Shown: positions 36,008-46,283, counted from the stretch's first letter. The stretch: DNA of 64,000 nt from Gammaproteobacteria bacterium (GCA_030429665.1 JAUIEZ010000007.1:7877-71876); one strand, 5' to 3'. The notes: a model not told the origin generated them from the sequence alone. A program made the numbers and translations.

Positions 36008-36418
36008 GTGAACGCAGATACCGAACTACCCCGCACGGAGAAAGAATGGAAACAGCGACTGGGCGACGATGCCTGGCGCATCCTTCGCAAGGAGGGCACC
36101 GAACCGCCGTTCTCCAGCCAGCTCAACGACGAACACGGGAAAGGCGTGTTCGCCTGTGCCGGGTGCGGCGCGCCGCTGTTTCGCTCGGCATCGAAGTTCG
36201 ACAGCGGCACCGGCTGGCCGAGTTTCTTCGAGCCCATCGAAGGGGCGATCGAGACCAAGCGCGACTTCAAGCTGGTGCTGCCGCGTACCGAGTACCATTG
36301 CGCCCGTTGCGGCGGCCACCAGGGGCATTTGTTCAACGACGGGCCGGAACCGACCGGCAAGCGCTACTGCAACAACGGGCTGGCGTTGAAGTTCATGCCC
36401 GGCGATGACGATGCCTGA
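36008..36418 (+). CDS. msrB: Peptide-methionine (R)-S-oxide reductase
   Basis: The GTG start at 36008 follows GGAGG. Zn CxxC pairs are CAGCGAPLF and CARCGGHQGHLF. The catalytic motif is RYCNNGLAL. Confidence 0.9.
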   Translation: MNADTELPRTEKEWKQRLGDDAWRILRKEGTEPPFSSQLNDEHGKGVFACAGCGAPLFRSASKFDSGTGWPSFFEPIEGAIETKRDFKLVLPRTEYHCARCGGHQGHLFNDGPEPTGKRYCNNGLALKFMPGDDDA

Positions 36419-36893
36419 GGCGTCGGCGGCCGCCGACGCCGTGAGAATCGAGGCGGCCGAGGACATGGACGCCGTACGCGCGCTGTTCGTCGAATACCAG
36501 CGGGCCATCGGCGTGGACCTTTGCTTCCAGGGATTCGACGAGGAACTGGCCACGCTGCCCGGCAAGTACGCGCCGCCACGGGGAACCCTGCTGTTCGCGT
36601 GCCACGGCAACGACGTGGCGGGTTGCGTGGGGGTGCGGCCGCTGAGCGACGACACCTGCGAGATGAAGCGGCTGTTCGTACGCCCCACCTATCGCGGGCT
36701 CGGGCTCGGCGCGCGCCTCGCGCGCTCGTCGATCGATGCGGCCCGCCGCGCCGGCTATGCACGCATGCGTCTCGACTCCCTGTCGACGATGACCACCGCC
36801 GTGTCGATGTACCGCAGGATGGGATTCGTCGACATCGAGCCCTACTACCGCAACCCCCTCGGCGATACCATCTACCTGGAAAAAACGCTCTGA
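36405..36893 (+). CDS. GNAT family N-acetyltransferase
   Basis: The acetyl-CoA motif is LFVRPTYRGLGLGARL. The gene overlaps the msrB end by 14 nt. Confidence 0.8.
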   Translation: MTMPEASAAADAVRIEAAEDMDAVRALFVEYQRAIGVDLCFQGFDEELATLPGKYAPPRGTLLFACHGNDVAGCVGVRPLSDDTCEMKRLFVRPTYRGLGLGARLARSSIDAARRAGYARMRLDSLSTMTTAVSMYRRMGFVDIEPYYRNPLGDTIYLEKTL

Positions 36894-36932
36894 TCGGCGC
36901 GGCCTGAACGGCGGCGCGTAAATGGCGCGGCC

Positions 36933-38255
36933 TCAGCCGGGGCGAACGTAGTGCAATTGGCGGTGGGCGGCGGACAAGGCCATGACGTCGTCGCGCACGG
37001 CGGCGACGGGCCGGCGGCGGAACATCACGTCGGCGATCCAGGCGCCGATCGACGTCATTTCATCGCCCCCCATGCCGCGCCTCACGCACTCCGGCGTACC
37101 GAGGCGCAGGCCGTTCATGTCGCCCGCGACCGGTTCGAGGGGCAATCCGATGCCGCAGGCGAGCAGGTTGGCCTCGCGCAGTACGCGCGCCATGGCCTGT
37201 CCCCCGCCGAAATCACGCGCCTCGATCGCCAACTGGTGCGAATGACCGCCAAGGGACTGCCCGGCGAACACCGGAACGTCGTTTTGTAGTAACGAACGCT
37301 GCAATTCGGCGCACGTTTCGAGCATTTTCTCCGCATATTCCGTTCCGAACGCCAGCCAGTCCAGCAGCGTGACGGCCAGTGCGGCGCTCTTGGCGACATC
37401 GAAATTGGCGGTCAGGCCCGGAAAGGCGATGGCGTCGACGCGCCGCGCGACGTCGGCGTCGTTGGTCACCAACAAGCCCGCGGGCGGCCCACCGAGGCTC
37501 TTGTAGGTGCTCATCGTCATCAGGTGGGCGCCGTCGTCCAGCGGGTCGGGCCAGCAGCCGCCGGCGATAACCCCGGACAGGTGGGCGGCGTCGAACAACA
37601 GGTACGCCCCGCATTCGTCGGCAACGCGGCGTAGCGCGGCTACCGGGTGGTGGGCCAGGTTGAGGCTGCCGCCGATGGTGATCAGGCGCGGCCTGGTGCG
37701 CCGGGCGAGCGCCGCGAGGGCGTCGACGTCCACCGTGTAATGCGCGGCGTCCACCGGGGCCTCGACGACGTTCAGACCATACAGTCCCGCGGCGCCCGGG
37801 CCGTGGTGCGTCACGTGGCCTCCAATGGATGCCGGCGGCACGATCACGGTGTCCCCCGGCTTGCAGCAGGCCATGAAGGCGTAGAGATTCGCCATGGCGC
37901 CGGAAGCGACGCGAATCTCGGCGTACCGCGCTCGGAACACCTCGCAGGCGAGCGCGGCGGCGTACACCTCGATACGCTCGACCGCTTCCAGGCCCATCTC
38001 GTACTTCTCCCCGGGATGACCGAGCGACGGCCGCGAGCCGAGGCCGGCGGCGAGCAGTTTTTCCGCTGCCGGGTTCATGATGTTGGTGGCCGGGTTCAGG
38101 TTGATGCACTCGACGTCGTGGATGCGATGGTTCTCGGCCGTCGCCTCGAGCAGGGCTCGGTGGCGGCCGTCGAGGTCGAGGGCGCCGAAGCGGTCGGCCA
38201 GTTCGCGGATGTGTTCGTCGGTGGCGATCCACGGTCGCGGGGCGAGTGTGGTCAT
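36933..38255 (-). CDS. Serine hydroxymethyltransferase-family PLP enzyme (divergent paralogue)
   Basis: The start is ATG 38255 (MTTLAPRPW). It has the SHMT fold, but the PLP-lysine region reads MSTYKSLGGPPAG rather than the canonical TTTHKTLRGPRGG. Length is 440 aa. Confidence 0.8.
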   Translation of the reverse strand: MTTLAPRPWIATDEHIRELADRFGALDLDGRHRALLEATAENHRIHDVECINLNPATNIMNPAAEKLLAAGLGSRPSLGHPGEKYEMGLEAVERIEVYAAALACEVFRARYAEIRVASGAMANLYAFMACCKPGDTVIVPPASIGGHVTHHGPGAAGLYGLNVVEAPVDAAHYTVDVDALAALARRTRPRLITIGGSLNLAHHPVAALRRVADECGAYLLFDAAHLSGVIAGGCWPDPLDDGAHLMTMSTYKSLGGPPAGLLVTNDADVARRVDAIAFPGLTANFDVAKSAALAVTLLDWLAFGTEYAEKMLETCAELQRSLLQNDVPVFAGQSLGGHSHQLAIEARDFGGGQAMARVLREANLLACGIGLPLEPVAGDMNGLRLGTPECVRRGMGGDEMTSIGAWIADVMFRRRPVAAVRDDVMALSAAHRQLHYVRPG

Positions 38256-38271
38256 GTCGTGTACCCGGTGA

Positions 38272-38346
38272 GTTTTTCGCCAGTCTAGGCGCGCCTTGCG
38301 CCCGATTGTTGTATATTTCCGCCAGAACATTTTGTTTTTCGGCCAG
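38272..38346. promoter_or_regulatory. Three direct copies of a TT(T)CG/CCGCCAG-like motif in the divergent SHMT-like/GlxA promoter region
   Basis: The copies are gtttttcgccag (38272-38283), ttccgccag (38317-38325) and gtttttcggccag (38334-38346). Direct-repeat half-sites fit AraC-type binding. Confidence 0.3.
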
Positions 38347-38349
38347 ACC

Positions 38350-39351
38350 GTGATTCCCGACAAGGCACACAGACCGGACCTTCGCATCGCCTTCCTGCTC
38401 GCACCCGAGTTCTCGATGCTGCCGCTGGGCGGCTTTCTCGATACGCTTCGCCACGCCGCCGACGAGGCCGACCGCAGCCGCCCGATCTACTGCGCCTGGA
38501 CGATCCTTTCCCATGACATGAAACCGGTGGCCAGCAGCGCCGGCGTGTCCATGATGCCCCACGCTGTTATCGATCTCGACGACGTCGACTACGACTACGT
38601 CCTGGTCCACGGGGGACGCCTGGAAGGGCTGCCGCACACGCCGGTCTCCTACCTGGTCTATCTCAGGCGCGCCGCCGCGCTCGGCGTGCCGTTGATCGGG
38701 CTCGACAGCGGCAGCTTCCTGTTGGCCGAGGCCGGGCTCATGGACGGCTATCGCGCCTGCGTACACTGGCGTCATCGTCGTGACTTCTCGGCGCGCTATC
38801 CGCGTTGCCGGGCGGACACCGGCGCGCTGTACACGATCGATCGCGATCGCATCACCTGTCCCGGAGGCACCGCCGCCATCGACCTCGCGGTGGACCTGAT
38901 CGCGCGCCACTGCGGCCGCAGCCGGGCATTGAAGGGCATGGCGGACCTGCTGGTGGACGAGCCGCGCGGTGCCCACCACCAGGTGCGCTCCTACCGCGAG
39001 GGCCACGATGCGGATGCCGATCCGCGCCTGCAGCGCGCGGTGGCGCAAATGCGCGCCCAGATGTCCGACCCGGTACCGGTGGCGCGGCTGGCGCGCGCCT
39101 GCGGCACGTCCGAACGGCAACTGGGTCGGCTGTTCAAGCGCTATTATCGGCAGACGCCGGCCGGTTACTGGCGTCGCATGCGGCTCGACCATGCCGCCTG
39201 GCGGTTACTCAACAGTCACCACAGCCTGGAGCGCATTGCCTATGAATGCGGGTTTTCCGACGCGTCCCACCTGTCGACCACGTTTCGCCGCGCATTCGGC
39301 ATTACGCCGCGGCGCTACCGCCTCGGCGGCGTGAAGGCGCCGACGACGTGA
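38350..39351 (+). CDS. GlxA-family (DJ-1/PfpI domain + AraC HTH) transcriptional regulator
   Basis: The N-terminal part is a DJ-1-like domain (RIAFLLAPEFSMLPLGGFLDTL). The C-terminal AraC HTH is YECGFSDASHLSTTFRRAFGITPRRYR. The start is uncertain: GTG 38350 or TTG 38296. Confidence 0.8.
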   Translation: MIPDKAHRPDLRIAFLLAPEFSMLPLGGFLDTLRHAADEADRSRPIYCAWTILSHDMKPVASSAGVSMMPHAVIDLDDVDYDYVLVHGGRLEGLPHTPVSYLVYLRRAAALGVPLIGLDSGSFLLAEAGLMDGYRACVHWRHRRDFSARYPRCRADTGALYTIDRDRITCPGGTAAIDLAVDLIARHCGRSRALKGMADLLVDEPRGAHHQVRSYREGHDADADPRLQRAVAQMRAQMSDPVPVARLARACGTSERQLGRLFKRYYRQTPAGYWRRMRLDHAAWRLLNSHHSLERIAYECGFSDASHLSTTFRRAFGITPRRYRLGGVKAPTT

Positions 39352-40253
39352 AGATCGCACTGGCCCTGGGTAGCGGCGCGGCACGCGGCTGCGCCCACAT
39401 CGGCGTCATCAACGCCCTCGCGCGTCTCGGCCTCGTGCCGGACGTGATTTGCGGCTGTTCCATGGGCGCCCTGGTGGGCGCGGCGCACGCGTCCGGAAAC
39501 CTCGAGAAGCTCGAGGCGTGGATGCGCGCGCTCACGCGCCGCCAGATGCTGCGCTACTTCGAACTCAGTCTCAGCGGCAGAGGCCTGGTAGACGCGCGTA
39601 CCTTCAACCGCTTCCTCGCCGCCGAGGTATGCGAAGCGTCGAGAACGATCGAAACGCTGCCATTGGCCTTCGCCACGGTGGCCACCGAGATTCGCAGCGG
39701 GCGCGAGATCTGGTTGACCGAGGGCAATGTGCTCGACGCGGTACGCGCCTCCATCGCCTTGCCGGGATTGTTCCGCCCGGCGCCGTACGACGGCGGCTGG
39801 CTGGTGGACGGCGGGCTGGTCAACCCGGTACCCGTATCGGTGTGCCGGGCGCTTGGCGCCGACGCGGTCATCGCGGTGAATCTCAACACCGACATCGTCG
39901 GCAAGCATTTCAACGCGCGCGCCGAAGAGCCCGAGGGCGACGCGCTGTCGCAGTTGTGGCGGCGGCTGGGGAGCTACTCGAGCGAGCTGCTCGGCTCGCG
40001 ACCCGAACACGAAGACCTGCCGGGGCTGTTCGACGTGCTGTCGAGCTCGTTTCACATCATGCAGGATCGCATCACCCGCAGCCGCCTGGCCGGAGATCCG
40101 CCCGACCTGACCATCAGTCCGCGACTTTCGCGCATCGGATTGCTGGAGTTCTACCGCGCCACCGAAGCCATTGCCGAGGGTGATGCCGCGGTGGTGCGTG
40201 CCGATCGCGAACTGGAGTACCTGCTAGAGCGGCGCGCGGCGGGCGAACGATAG
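39348..40253 (+). CDS. Patatin-like phospholipase (RssA-like)
   Basis: Motifs GSGAARG, the lipase motif GCSMG and the DGG catalytic Asp (LVDGGLVNPVPV) are present. The GTG start overlaps the regulator stop (GTGA). Confidence 0.85.
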   Translation: MKIALALGSGAARGCAHIGVINALARLGLVPDVICGCSMGALVGAAHASGNLEKLEAWMRALTRRQMLRYFELSLSGRGLVDARTFNRFLAAEVCEASRTIETLPLAFATVATEIRSGREIWLTEGNVLDAVRASIALPGLFRPAPYDGGWLVDGGLVNPVPVSVCRALGADAVIAVNLNTDIVGKHFNARAEEPEGDALSQLWRRLGSYSSELLGSRPEHEDLPGLFDVLSSSFHIMQDRITRSRLAGDPPDLTISPRLSRIGLLEFYRATEAIAEGDAAVVRADRELEYLLERRAAGER

Positions 40254-40290
40254 ACGATGCCCTGACGATCGCGTCGAAATCGATCGCGAC

Positions 40291-41049
40291 CTAGCGCCCG
40301 CCGGCAGCGTCGATGAAGGCGCCGGTCACGTATGACGCCTCGTCGCTGATCAACCAGGCGACCGCGGCGGCCACCTCGTCCGCCGTACCGCCGCGGCGCA
40401 TCGGCAGCGTCGGGCCGAGACGCGCCACCCTGCCCGGTTCGCCGCCGTCGGCGTGGATCTCGGTCTCGATGATGCCCGGCCGCACCGCGTTGACGCGTAC
40501 GCCGTGGGGCGCTTCCTCGACCGCGAGGCCGCGGGTAAAGGTGTCGATCGCCCCCTTGCTCGCCGCGTAGTCGATGTATTCGCCGGGCGATCCCCAGCGC
40601 GCGGCCGCCGACGAGACGTTGACGATCGCGCCGCCGGCGCCGCCGAATCGGCGCGACATGCGCTTGACCGCCTCGCGCGCACACAGCATGGCGCCGAACA
40701 CGTTCACCGCGAACACGCGCTGCATGCGTTCCAGCGACACCGCGTCGAAGGTCGTCTGGGCCATGATGATGCCGGCATTGTTGACCAGCGCCGCCAGCAC
40801 GCCCCGCGCGTCGACGGCGGCGAACATGCTTGCCACGGACGCTTCGTCGGCAACGTCCGCGGACACGAGAAAGCCGCGCCCGCCGCCGGCGACGATGTCC
40901 TCGAGCACGGCATTCGCCGCGGCCTCGTCACGACGATAATTGATGCCGACATCGTAACCCGCGCCGGCCAGCCGCCTGGCGACGGCGGCGCCAATGCCGC
41001 GCCCGCCTCCGGTGACCAGCGCGACGCCCATGCCGGTCGTGCCGCTCAT
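40291..41049 (-). CDS. SDR family oxidoreductase
   Basis: Motifs [12 protein letters not shown] and YAASKGA (YxxxK) are present. An ATGA overlap joins it to the hemE stop. Confidence 0.85.
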   Translation of the reverse strand: MSGTTGMGVALVTGGGRGIGAAVARRLAGAGYDVGINYRRDEAAANAVLEDIVAGGGRGFLVSADVADEASVASMFAAVDARGVLAALVNNAGIIMAQTTFDAVSLERMQRVFAVNVFGAMLCAREAVKRMSRRFGGAGGAIVNVSSAAARWGSPGEYIDYAASKGAIDTFTRGLAVEEAPHGVRVNAVRPGIIETEIHADGGEPGRVARLGPTLPMRRGGTADEVAAAVAWLISDEASYVTGAFIDAAGGR

Positions 41050-42119
41050 GGCGCGCCGCGCGCCGACAGCTCGTGCACGGCGTCGACCATCACCGCCACG
41101 TGGTCGGGATCGATGTCGGGCAATATGCCGTGACCGAGATTGAAAACGTGCCGGCCGGGCGCGCCGAAATCGTCGAGCACCGCGGCCACCTCGGTGCGTA
41201 TGGCCTCGGGCGGGGCGTAGAGGCTCATCGGATCCATGTTGCCCTGCAGGGTCACGCCCTCGCCCAGGCGACGCCGGGTTTCCCCCAGCGACCCGGTCCA
41301 GTCCAGGCCGATACCGTCGCAACCGGTGGCGGCGATCGCCTCGACCCACTGGCCGCCGCCCTTGGTGAACAGGGTCACCGGCACCGTGCCGTCGGCCGCC
41401 GCCTTGACCGCCTCCACGATCCGCGCCATGTAGGGCAACGAGAATTCGCGGTAGGCGCGCCAACCGAGGCTCCCGCCCCAGGTGTCGAAAACCATGACCG
41501 CGTCGACGCCGGCGGCAACCTGCGCCTCGAGGTACGCGGTGACGGCGTCGGCAACGGTGTCGAGCATGCGATGGGCAAGCGCGGGCGACTCGTAAATCAT
41601 CGCCTTGATGCGCTTGAAGTCGCGACTGCTGCCGCCTTCCACCATGTACGTGGCCAACGTCCACGGGCTGCCGGCGAAGCCGATCAGCGGCACCCGGCCG
41701 TCGAGAGCGCCGGCGATGGTGCGCACCGCGTCCATGACGTAGCCGAGTTCGTCCTCGGGATCGGGGGCGGCGAGCGCCGCCACCGCGGCGGCATCGCGCA
41801 CCGGGCGCTCGAACCGCGGTCCGATGCCTTCGTTGAGCGACAGGCCAAGACCCATGGCGTCGGGCACGGTGAGGATGTCGGAGAACAGGATGGCGGCGTC
41901 GAGATCGAATCGCCGCAACGGCTGCAGGGTGACTTCGCAGGCCAGCTCCGGGTTGCGGCACAGGTCGAGAAAGCTTCCCGCCTCGGCCCGCGTGGCCCGG
42001 TACTCGGGCAGGTAGCGGCCCGCCTGTCGCATGATCCATACCGGCGTGTAGTCGGTAGGCTCGCCGCGCAGCGCGCGCAGGAAGGTGTCGTTGCCGAACG
42101 TTTTCACCGGTGCCCGCAC
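41046..42119 (-). CDS. hemE: Uroporphyrinogen decarboxylase
   Basis: The motif [16 protein letters not shown] is typical of HemE. Length is 357 aa. Confidence 0.92.
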   Translation of the reverse strand: MRAPVKTFGNDTFLRALRGEPTDYTPVWIMRQAGRYLPEYRATRAEAGSFLDLCRNPELACEVTLQPLRRFDLDAAILFSDILTVPDAMGLGLSLNEGIGPRFERPVRDAAAVAALAAPDPEDELGYVMDAVRTIAGALDGRVPLIGFAGSPWTLATYMVEGGSSRDFKRIKAMIYESPALAHRMLDTVADAVTAYLEAQVAAGVDAVMVFDTWGGSLGWRAYREFSLPYMARIVEAVKAAADGTVPVTLFTKGGGQWVEAIAATGCDGIGLDWTGSLGETRRRLGEGVTLQGNMDPMSLYAPPEAIRTEVAAVLDDFGAPGRHVFNLGHGILPDIDPDHVAVMVDAVHELSARGAP

Positions 42120-42122
42120 GCC

Positions 42123-42830
42123 TCAGGCGAGCGCTTCGGCGATTTGTTGCTGGATCGCCCGCGCCGCGGCCGCGGGATCCGCGGCGTCGCGTACGGGCCG
42201 ACCCACCACGATGTAGTCGGCGCCGCGCGAGAACGCCTCGGGCACGGTGACCATGCGCTTCTGGTCGTCCTCGCGGTTTTCCACCGGCCGTATGCCGGGC
42301 GTGACCAGCAGCAGCTTGTCGCCCAACGCCGCGCGCAGGGCCGCGGCTTCGGCGCCGGACGCGACGACGCCCGCGCAGCCGTACTCGGCCGCGCGGCGCG
42401 CGCGCGACAGGACGAGTTGGTCGACGTCGCAATCGAATCCCAGGTCGTCGAGATCGCCGCGATCGAGGCTGGTGAGCACGGTCACCGCAAGGACCGAAAC
42501 ATCGTCCGCCGCATCGGCCGCGGCCGCCATCATGGCGTCGTTGCCGTGCACGGTGACGAAACGTACGCCGCTGCCGTTGAGACGCTTCACCGCGCGCGCC
42601 ACCGTGGCGGGAATATCGAAGAGCTTGAGATCGGCGAAAACCTGCTTGTCGCGTTCGCGCAGCCAGTTGACGAGGGGAATCGCCTCGCCGGTCATGAACA
42701 GCTCGAGGCCGACCTTGTAGAAGCGGGCGTCGTCGCCGATGCGTTCGACCAGTGCGCGGGCTTCGGCGGCGCCGGGCACGTCGAGGGCGACGATCAGCCG
42801 TTCCTCGTTCGGAATCGCGACGGTTTGCAT
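42123..42830 (-). CDS. pyrF: Orotidine 5'-phosphate decarboxylase
   Basis: The start is ATG 42830 (MQTVAIP). Motifs LIVALD, YKVGLELF, ADLKLFDIP and GADYIVVGRP are present. Confidence 0.9.
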   Translation of the reverse strand: MQTVAIPNEERLIVALDVPGAAEARALVERIGDDARFYKVGLELFMTGEAIPLVNWLRERDKQVFADLKLFDIPATVARAVKRLNGSGVRFVTVHGNDAMMAAAADAADDVSVLAVTVLTSLDRGDLDDLGFDCDVDQLVLSRARRAAEYGCAGVVASGAEAAALRAALGDKLLLVTPGIRPVENREDDQKRMVTVPEAFSRGADYIVVGRPVRDAADPAAAARAIQQQIAEALA

Positions 42831-42936
42831 ATCGTGGGCCAGGCTTTCGTGGTTCGTCGACAGCCGCGCGGCCGGTACCGTCCGCCGCAAGCGGGCGGGA
42901 CGATTATAACGCCGCGGCGGTCGCGGCGCGCGCGTT

Positions 42937-43323
42937 CTACTGGTTGACGGGTACCAGGCGCGGGTTCCAGAACACGCTGCCCTTCGACTCGACCTGCTCC
43001 AGGAGATCCTTGCCGCTCCAGGACTTCTGCTGATCGAGATAGCCCTCCTTGAGAACGCGCAGAACGAAGGCGTCGGCCTTGCGCAGCTGCGTCTTTCCGA
43101 CCTCGCGGCGTATGTCGACGGGCGTCAGGCCGAGATAGATCCACTCGTTGGTGCTCACGTTGTCGTCGACCGGCGTCTGCACCTGGTACAAGACGTGCGC
43201 GCCGAGGGGATCGGACTGCACCGTGAACGGAACGATGCGCGTGGTGGCGCAGCCAGCCATGACGACGGCCGCGGTAACGACGGCGAGCAGGCGATGCGCA
43301 AGGGCGGGGCGGGCATTATTCAT
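42937..43323 (-). CDS. Small lipoprotein with a PEGA-like domain
   Basis: The start is ATG 43323. The lipobox is VVMAGC. PEGA-like elements are SDPLGAHV, LGLTPV and LKEGY. Confidence 0.7.
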   Translation of the reverse strand: MNNARPALAHRLLAVVTAAVVMAGCATTRIVPFTVQSDPLGAHVLYQVQTPVDDNVSTNEWIYLGLTPVDIRREVGKTQLRKADAFVLRVLKEGYLDQQKSWSGKDLLEQVESKGSVFWNPRLVPVNQ

Positions 43324-43663
43324 CGGTCTTGTCCAACTTGATTTCCACGAACTGGGGTTCATCCAGGGCCGCCTCCTTGCTGGCGTGGCGCAGCGTTACC
43401 CAGAACGACGAGGTCTTGTCGCGGTATCCTTCCTTCTGCACGCGGATGTTGACGAACTTGCGCTTCTCGGTGCCTTCGCGCCACCACACCTTTACCGGCG
43501 TGACGCCGAGCACGGTGTCGTCGGAGAGATTCACGACCTCTGCGCCATCGGGCTGTGTACGGATCAATGCGGCGCCGTGATTGGCGCACCCCGCAAGCAC
43601 GACGACGGTCGTGACGGCGGCGAGACAACGAGCGGCTAACAGCCGGAAACTGGATCGCGACAT
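43316..43663 (-). CDS. Small lipoprotein with a PEGA-like domain (paralogue of the downstream gene)
   Basis: The lipobox is VVLAGC. PEGA-like elements are TQPDGAEV, LGVTPV and QKEGY. It overlaps the next gene by 8 nt. Confidence 0.7.
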   Translation of the reverse strand: MSRSSFRLLAARCLAAVTTVVVLAGCANHGAALIRTQPDGAEVVNLSDDTVLGVTPVKVWWREGTEKRKFVNIRVQKEGYRDKTSSFWVTLRHASKEAALDEPQFVEIKLDKTDE

Positions 43664-43687
43664 GTGGATCGGCAGTACCTGGACGGG

Positions 43688-44425
43688 TCAGAAGGAGAGT
43701 TCGAGGCCAGCGGAGAGAACGTTCAGGTCGGCGATTTCATAACGTTCCCACTCGGCGCGTACCGCAACGTGATCGGAAACCCTGAATCGACCGCCCAATC
43801 CGTAGTGTACGTCAGCGCCACTTTCTCTTTCAACAAACTGCTCGCTGACACTGGTGCTGCCGCCGGCGCCGTCGGGCTCGGTGCCGACCGCCACCCCGGT
43901 ACCCTTGGCCTCCCAGCTCAACAAGCCGAGCCGTGCATAGATACCGAAGCGATCGCCCAACGGCAGCGAGAACAGGCCCGCGAGACTTACGCCGTCCACG
44001 TCGGCCACGACCTCGGCGTCGCCGCGAAACGTGCCCGACGGCGCGGTAACGTCCGTGGTCAGGTCAATACGCGCCGACCCGAAATCGATGCTCGACAACT
44101 CGACCGCGACGGTACGCGAGAAGCGGTAACCGATGAAGAACTTGTTGGCGTCGTCTTTTACCTGCTGCCGGCACTCGGTGGAATAAACGAGTTCGGCGAA
44201 GGACTCGGTAACCAGGAACGATTCGCCGAGGTCGCCGGCAAGCGCCTCGCCGACCTCGTCGGAGAATTCCTCGCAAAGCGGCGTGTCGTCGAAGAATTCG
44301 GTCTCGCCGTGGGACAGGCCGATATAAAAACCCCGGTCCTCGTCCAGGGCGCGCGCCGGCGCGGCGGCGAGGGAGCAAACGATGATGCCGGTCAAGGCCG
44401 GCGCCAGGGTGCGGGTCGCGGTCAT
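43688..44425 (-). CDS. Outer-membrane beta-barrel protein (OmpA-N/OmpW-like porin family)
   Basis: A signal peptide ends in ARA/LD. The sequence has an alternating amphipathic beta-strand pattern and a C-terminal ...LSAGLELSF ending in an aromatic residue. Confidence 0.75.
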   Translation of the reverse strand: MTATRTLAPALTGIIVCSLAAAPARALDEDRGFYIGLSHGETEFFDDTPLCEEFSDEVGEALAGDLGESFLVTESFAELVYSTECRQQVKDDANKFFIGYRFSRTVAVELSSIDFGSARIDLTTDVTAPSGTFRGDAEVVADVDGVSLAGLFSLPLGDRFGIYARLGLLSWEAKGTGVAVGTEPDGAGGSTSVSEQFVERESGADVHYGLGGRFRVSDHVAVRAEWERYEIADLNVLSAGLELSF

Positions 44426-44616
44426 GAGCCACTCCTGCGGATCGGTTGGCGGCCGGATCCGCCCATTGCGAACCCGTATCGGCTCATGATCTTAAAGATT
44501 TTAGATTTCTTTTACAACGAGTTGTAATCGTTTTTTAATTTTATTCATCAGCTTTTCGACGAACCACGCGCCGAATATTCGACCGGGCGGTCGATTCGAC
44601 CGGACGAACGGACGGT

Positions 44617-45699
44617 CTATGCGGCACGCATCGCCTCCAGCGTCTGGTCGAGCAGGTCCTGCGCGAAATCGGCACTCACGAACGCATCGCCGATCGCGTT
44701 GAGCAGCACCAGTCGTACGTTACCGCCGAGCGCCTTCTTGTCCACTTTCATCAAGGATCTGAAGCGTTCCACGGACAACCCCGCCGGCGCCCTCGACGGC
44801 AGGCCGGCCGCCACGATCAGCGCCTCGATGCGCGCGCGCTCGTCCTCCCGGATCAGCCCGGAACGCACCGACAGGTCGGCCGCCATGCAGATGCCCGCGG
44901 CGACCGCTTCGCCGTGCAGCCACGCGCCGTGTCCGAGACCCGTCTCTATCGCGTGGCCGAACGTATGGCCGAGGTTGAGCAGCGCCCGGACGCCGCTTTC
45001 GCGCTCGTCCTCGGCCACGACGGCAGCCTTTATGTCGCAGCAACGCGCCACCGCCTCGGCAACGATCGCGGCGTCGAGCCCGATCAAATTATGGACATTG
45101 ATCTCCAGCCACTCGAATAACGACGAATCGCGTATCAGTGCGGTCTTGATCACCTCGGCGGTACCGGCCGCGAGTTCGCGGGCGGGCAGCGTCGACAACG
45201 TATCGGTGTCAGCCAGTACACAGCGCGGCTGGTAGAACAGTCCGATCATGTTCTTGCCGAGCCGGGAGTTGACCGCGGTCTTGCCGCCGACGGATGAATC
45301 GACTTGCGCCAGCAACGTGGTAGGCACCTGGAGGAACGGCACGCCGCGCTGGTAGCAACCGGCAACGAATCCCGTTATATCGCCGATTACGCCGCCGCCC
45401 AGCGCGACGAGCGTCACCTGGCGGTCGCACGGAACGGCGAGAAGCGCCTCGAAGATTTTCTCCGCCGTGGACAGTGTCTTGTGCGCCTCGCCATCGGGCA
45501 GGATGCATTCGTGAACGTCGAACCCCGAGAGGCTTTTACGAAGCGTTTCGAGATACAAAGGCGCCACGGTCTCGTTGGTTATCACCATGACCTGGCGGCC
45601 GGCCACGTGCGGCGCGAGCAGGTCGGCGCGAGAGAGCAGCCCGGCGCCGATGTGGATCGGGTAGCTGCGCTCGCCCAGTTCGACTTCAAACGTTTTCAT
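44617..45699 (-). CDS. aroB: 3-dehydroquinate synthase
   Basis: Motifs [11 protein letters not shown] and the Zn-ligand region [12 protein letters not shown] are present. The gene lies downstream of aroK. Confidence 0.92.
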   Translation of the reverse strand: MKTFEVELGERSYPIHIGAGLLSRADLLAPHVAGRQVMVITNETVAPLYLETLRKSLSGFDVHECILPDGEAHKTLSTAEKIFEALLAVPCDRQVTLVALGGGVIGDITGFVAGCYQRGVPFLQVPTTLLAQVDSSVGGKTAVNSRLGKNMIGLFYQPRCVLADTDTLSTLPARELAAGTAEVIKTALIRDSSLFEWLEINVHNLIGLDAAIVAEAVARCCDIKAAVVAEDERESGVRALLNLGHTFGHAIETGLGHGAWLHGEAVAAGICMAADLSVRSGLIREDERARIEALIVAAGLPSRAPAGLSVERFRSLMKVDKKALGGNVRLVLLNAIGDAFVSADFAQDLLDQTLEAMRAA

Positions 45700-46210
45700 G
45701 CTGACTGATGCTTTCGTATATGCGCCGCGCGAGAGACTGGGGGGAACGGTCGTCGACGCGGAATACCAGGTCGGCGACCTCGCGGTAGAGCGGGTCGCGC
45801 GTCTCCATCAACGCGCCGAGCGTGGCAGCCGGGTCCGCTGTTTGTAGCAGCGGCCGCGTCTTGCTGTTGCGCGTGCGCCTGAGCAGTTTCTTCACGGGGG
45901 CCGTCAGGTAAATGACGAGCCCGGATTGCCGCAGCACATTGCGGTTCTCCTCGCCAAGGACCACGCCGCCGCCGGTGGCGATCACCGTGGCGCTGCGCGC
46001 GGCGATCTCGCGCAGCATTTCCGATTCGCGTCGGCGAAATCCGGCCTCGCCCTCGATCTCGAAAATGGTGGTCACATCCACGCCCGTGCGCCGTTCCAGT
46101 TCGATATCGCAGTCGACAAAATCCATCGACGCGATTTTCGCCAGCGCGCGTCCCACGGTGGTCTTGCCGACTCCCATCGGACCCACCAGGATGACGTTTC
46201 GGTCGGTCAT
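45686..46210 (-). CDS. aroK: Shikimate kinase
   Basis: The start is ATG 46210. The P-loop is [14 protein letters not shown]. Length is 174 aa, overlapping the aroB start by 14 nt. Confidence 0.9.
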   Translation of the reverse strand: MTDRNVILVGPMGVGKTTVGRALAKIASMDFVDCDIELERRTGVDVTTIFEIEGEAGFRRRESEMLREIAARSATVIATGGGVVLGEENRNVLRQSGLVIYLTAPVKKLLRRTRNSKTRPLLQTADPAATLGALMETRDPLYREVADLVFRVDDRSPQSLARRIYESISQHENV

Positions 46211-46283
46211 GCTGACAATGAAGCCGGCGGCGCGCGCCGGCAATCGATTGCCCGGCGCGGCCTGTCCTCCGGGGTCGCCGGCG

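Noticed and set aside
44512-44540. The palindrome ttacaac-ga-gttgtaa followed by tcgtttttt, considered as a rho-independent terminator.
   Set aside because: The T-run lies on the plus strand, where no upstream gene exists. On the minus strand (downstream of aroB) no U-tract follows. The stem is short and AT-rich. It is more likely a promoter or operator element of the OMP gene.
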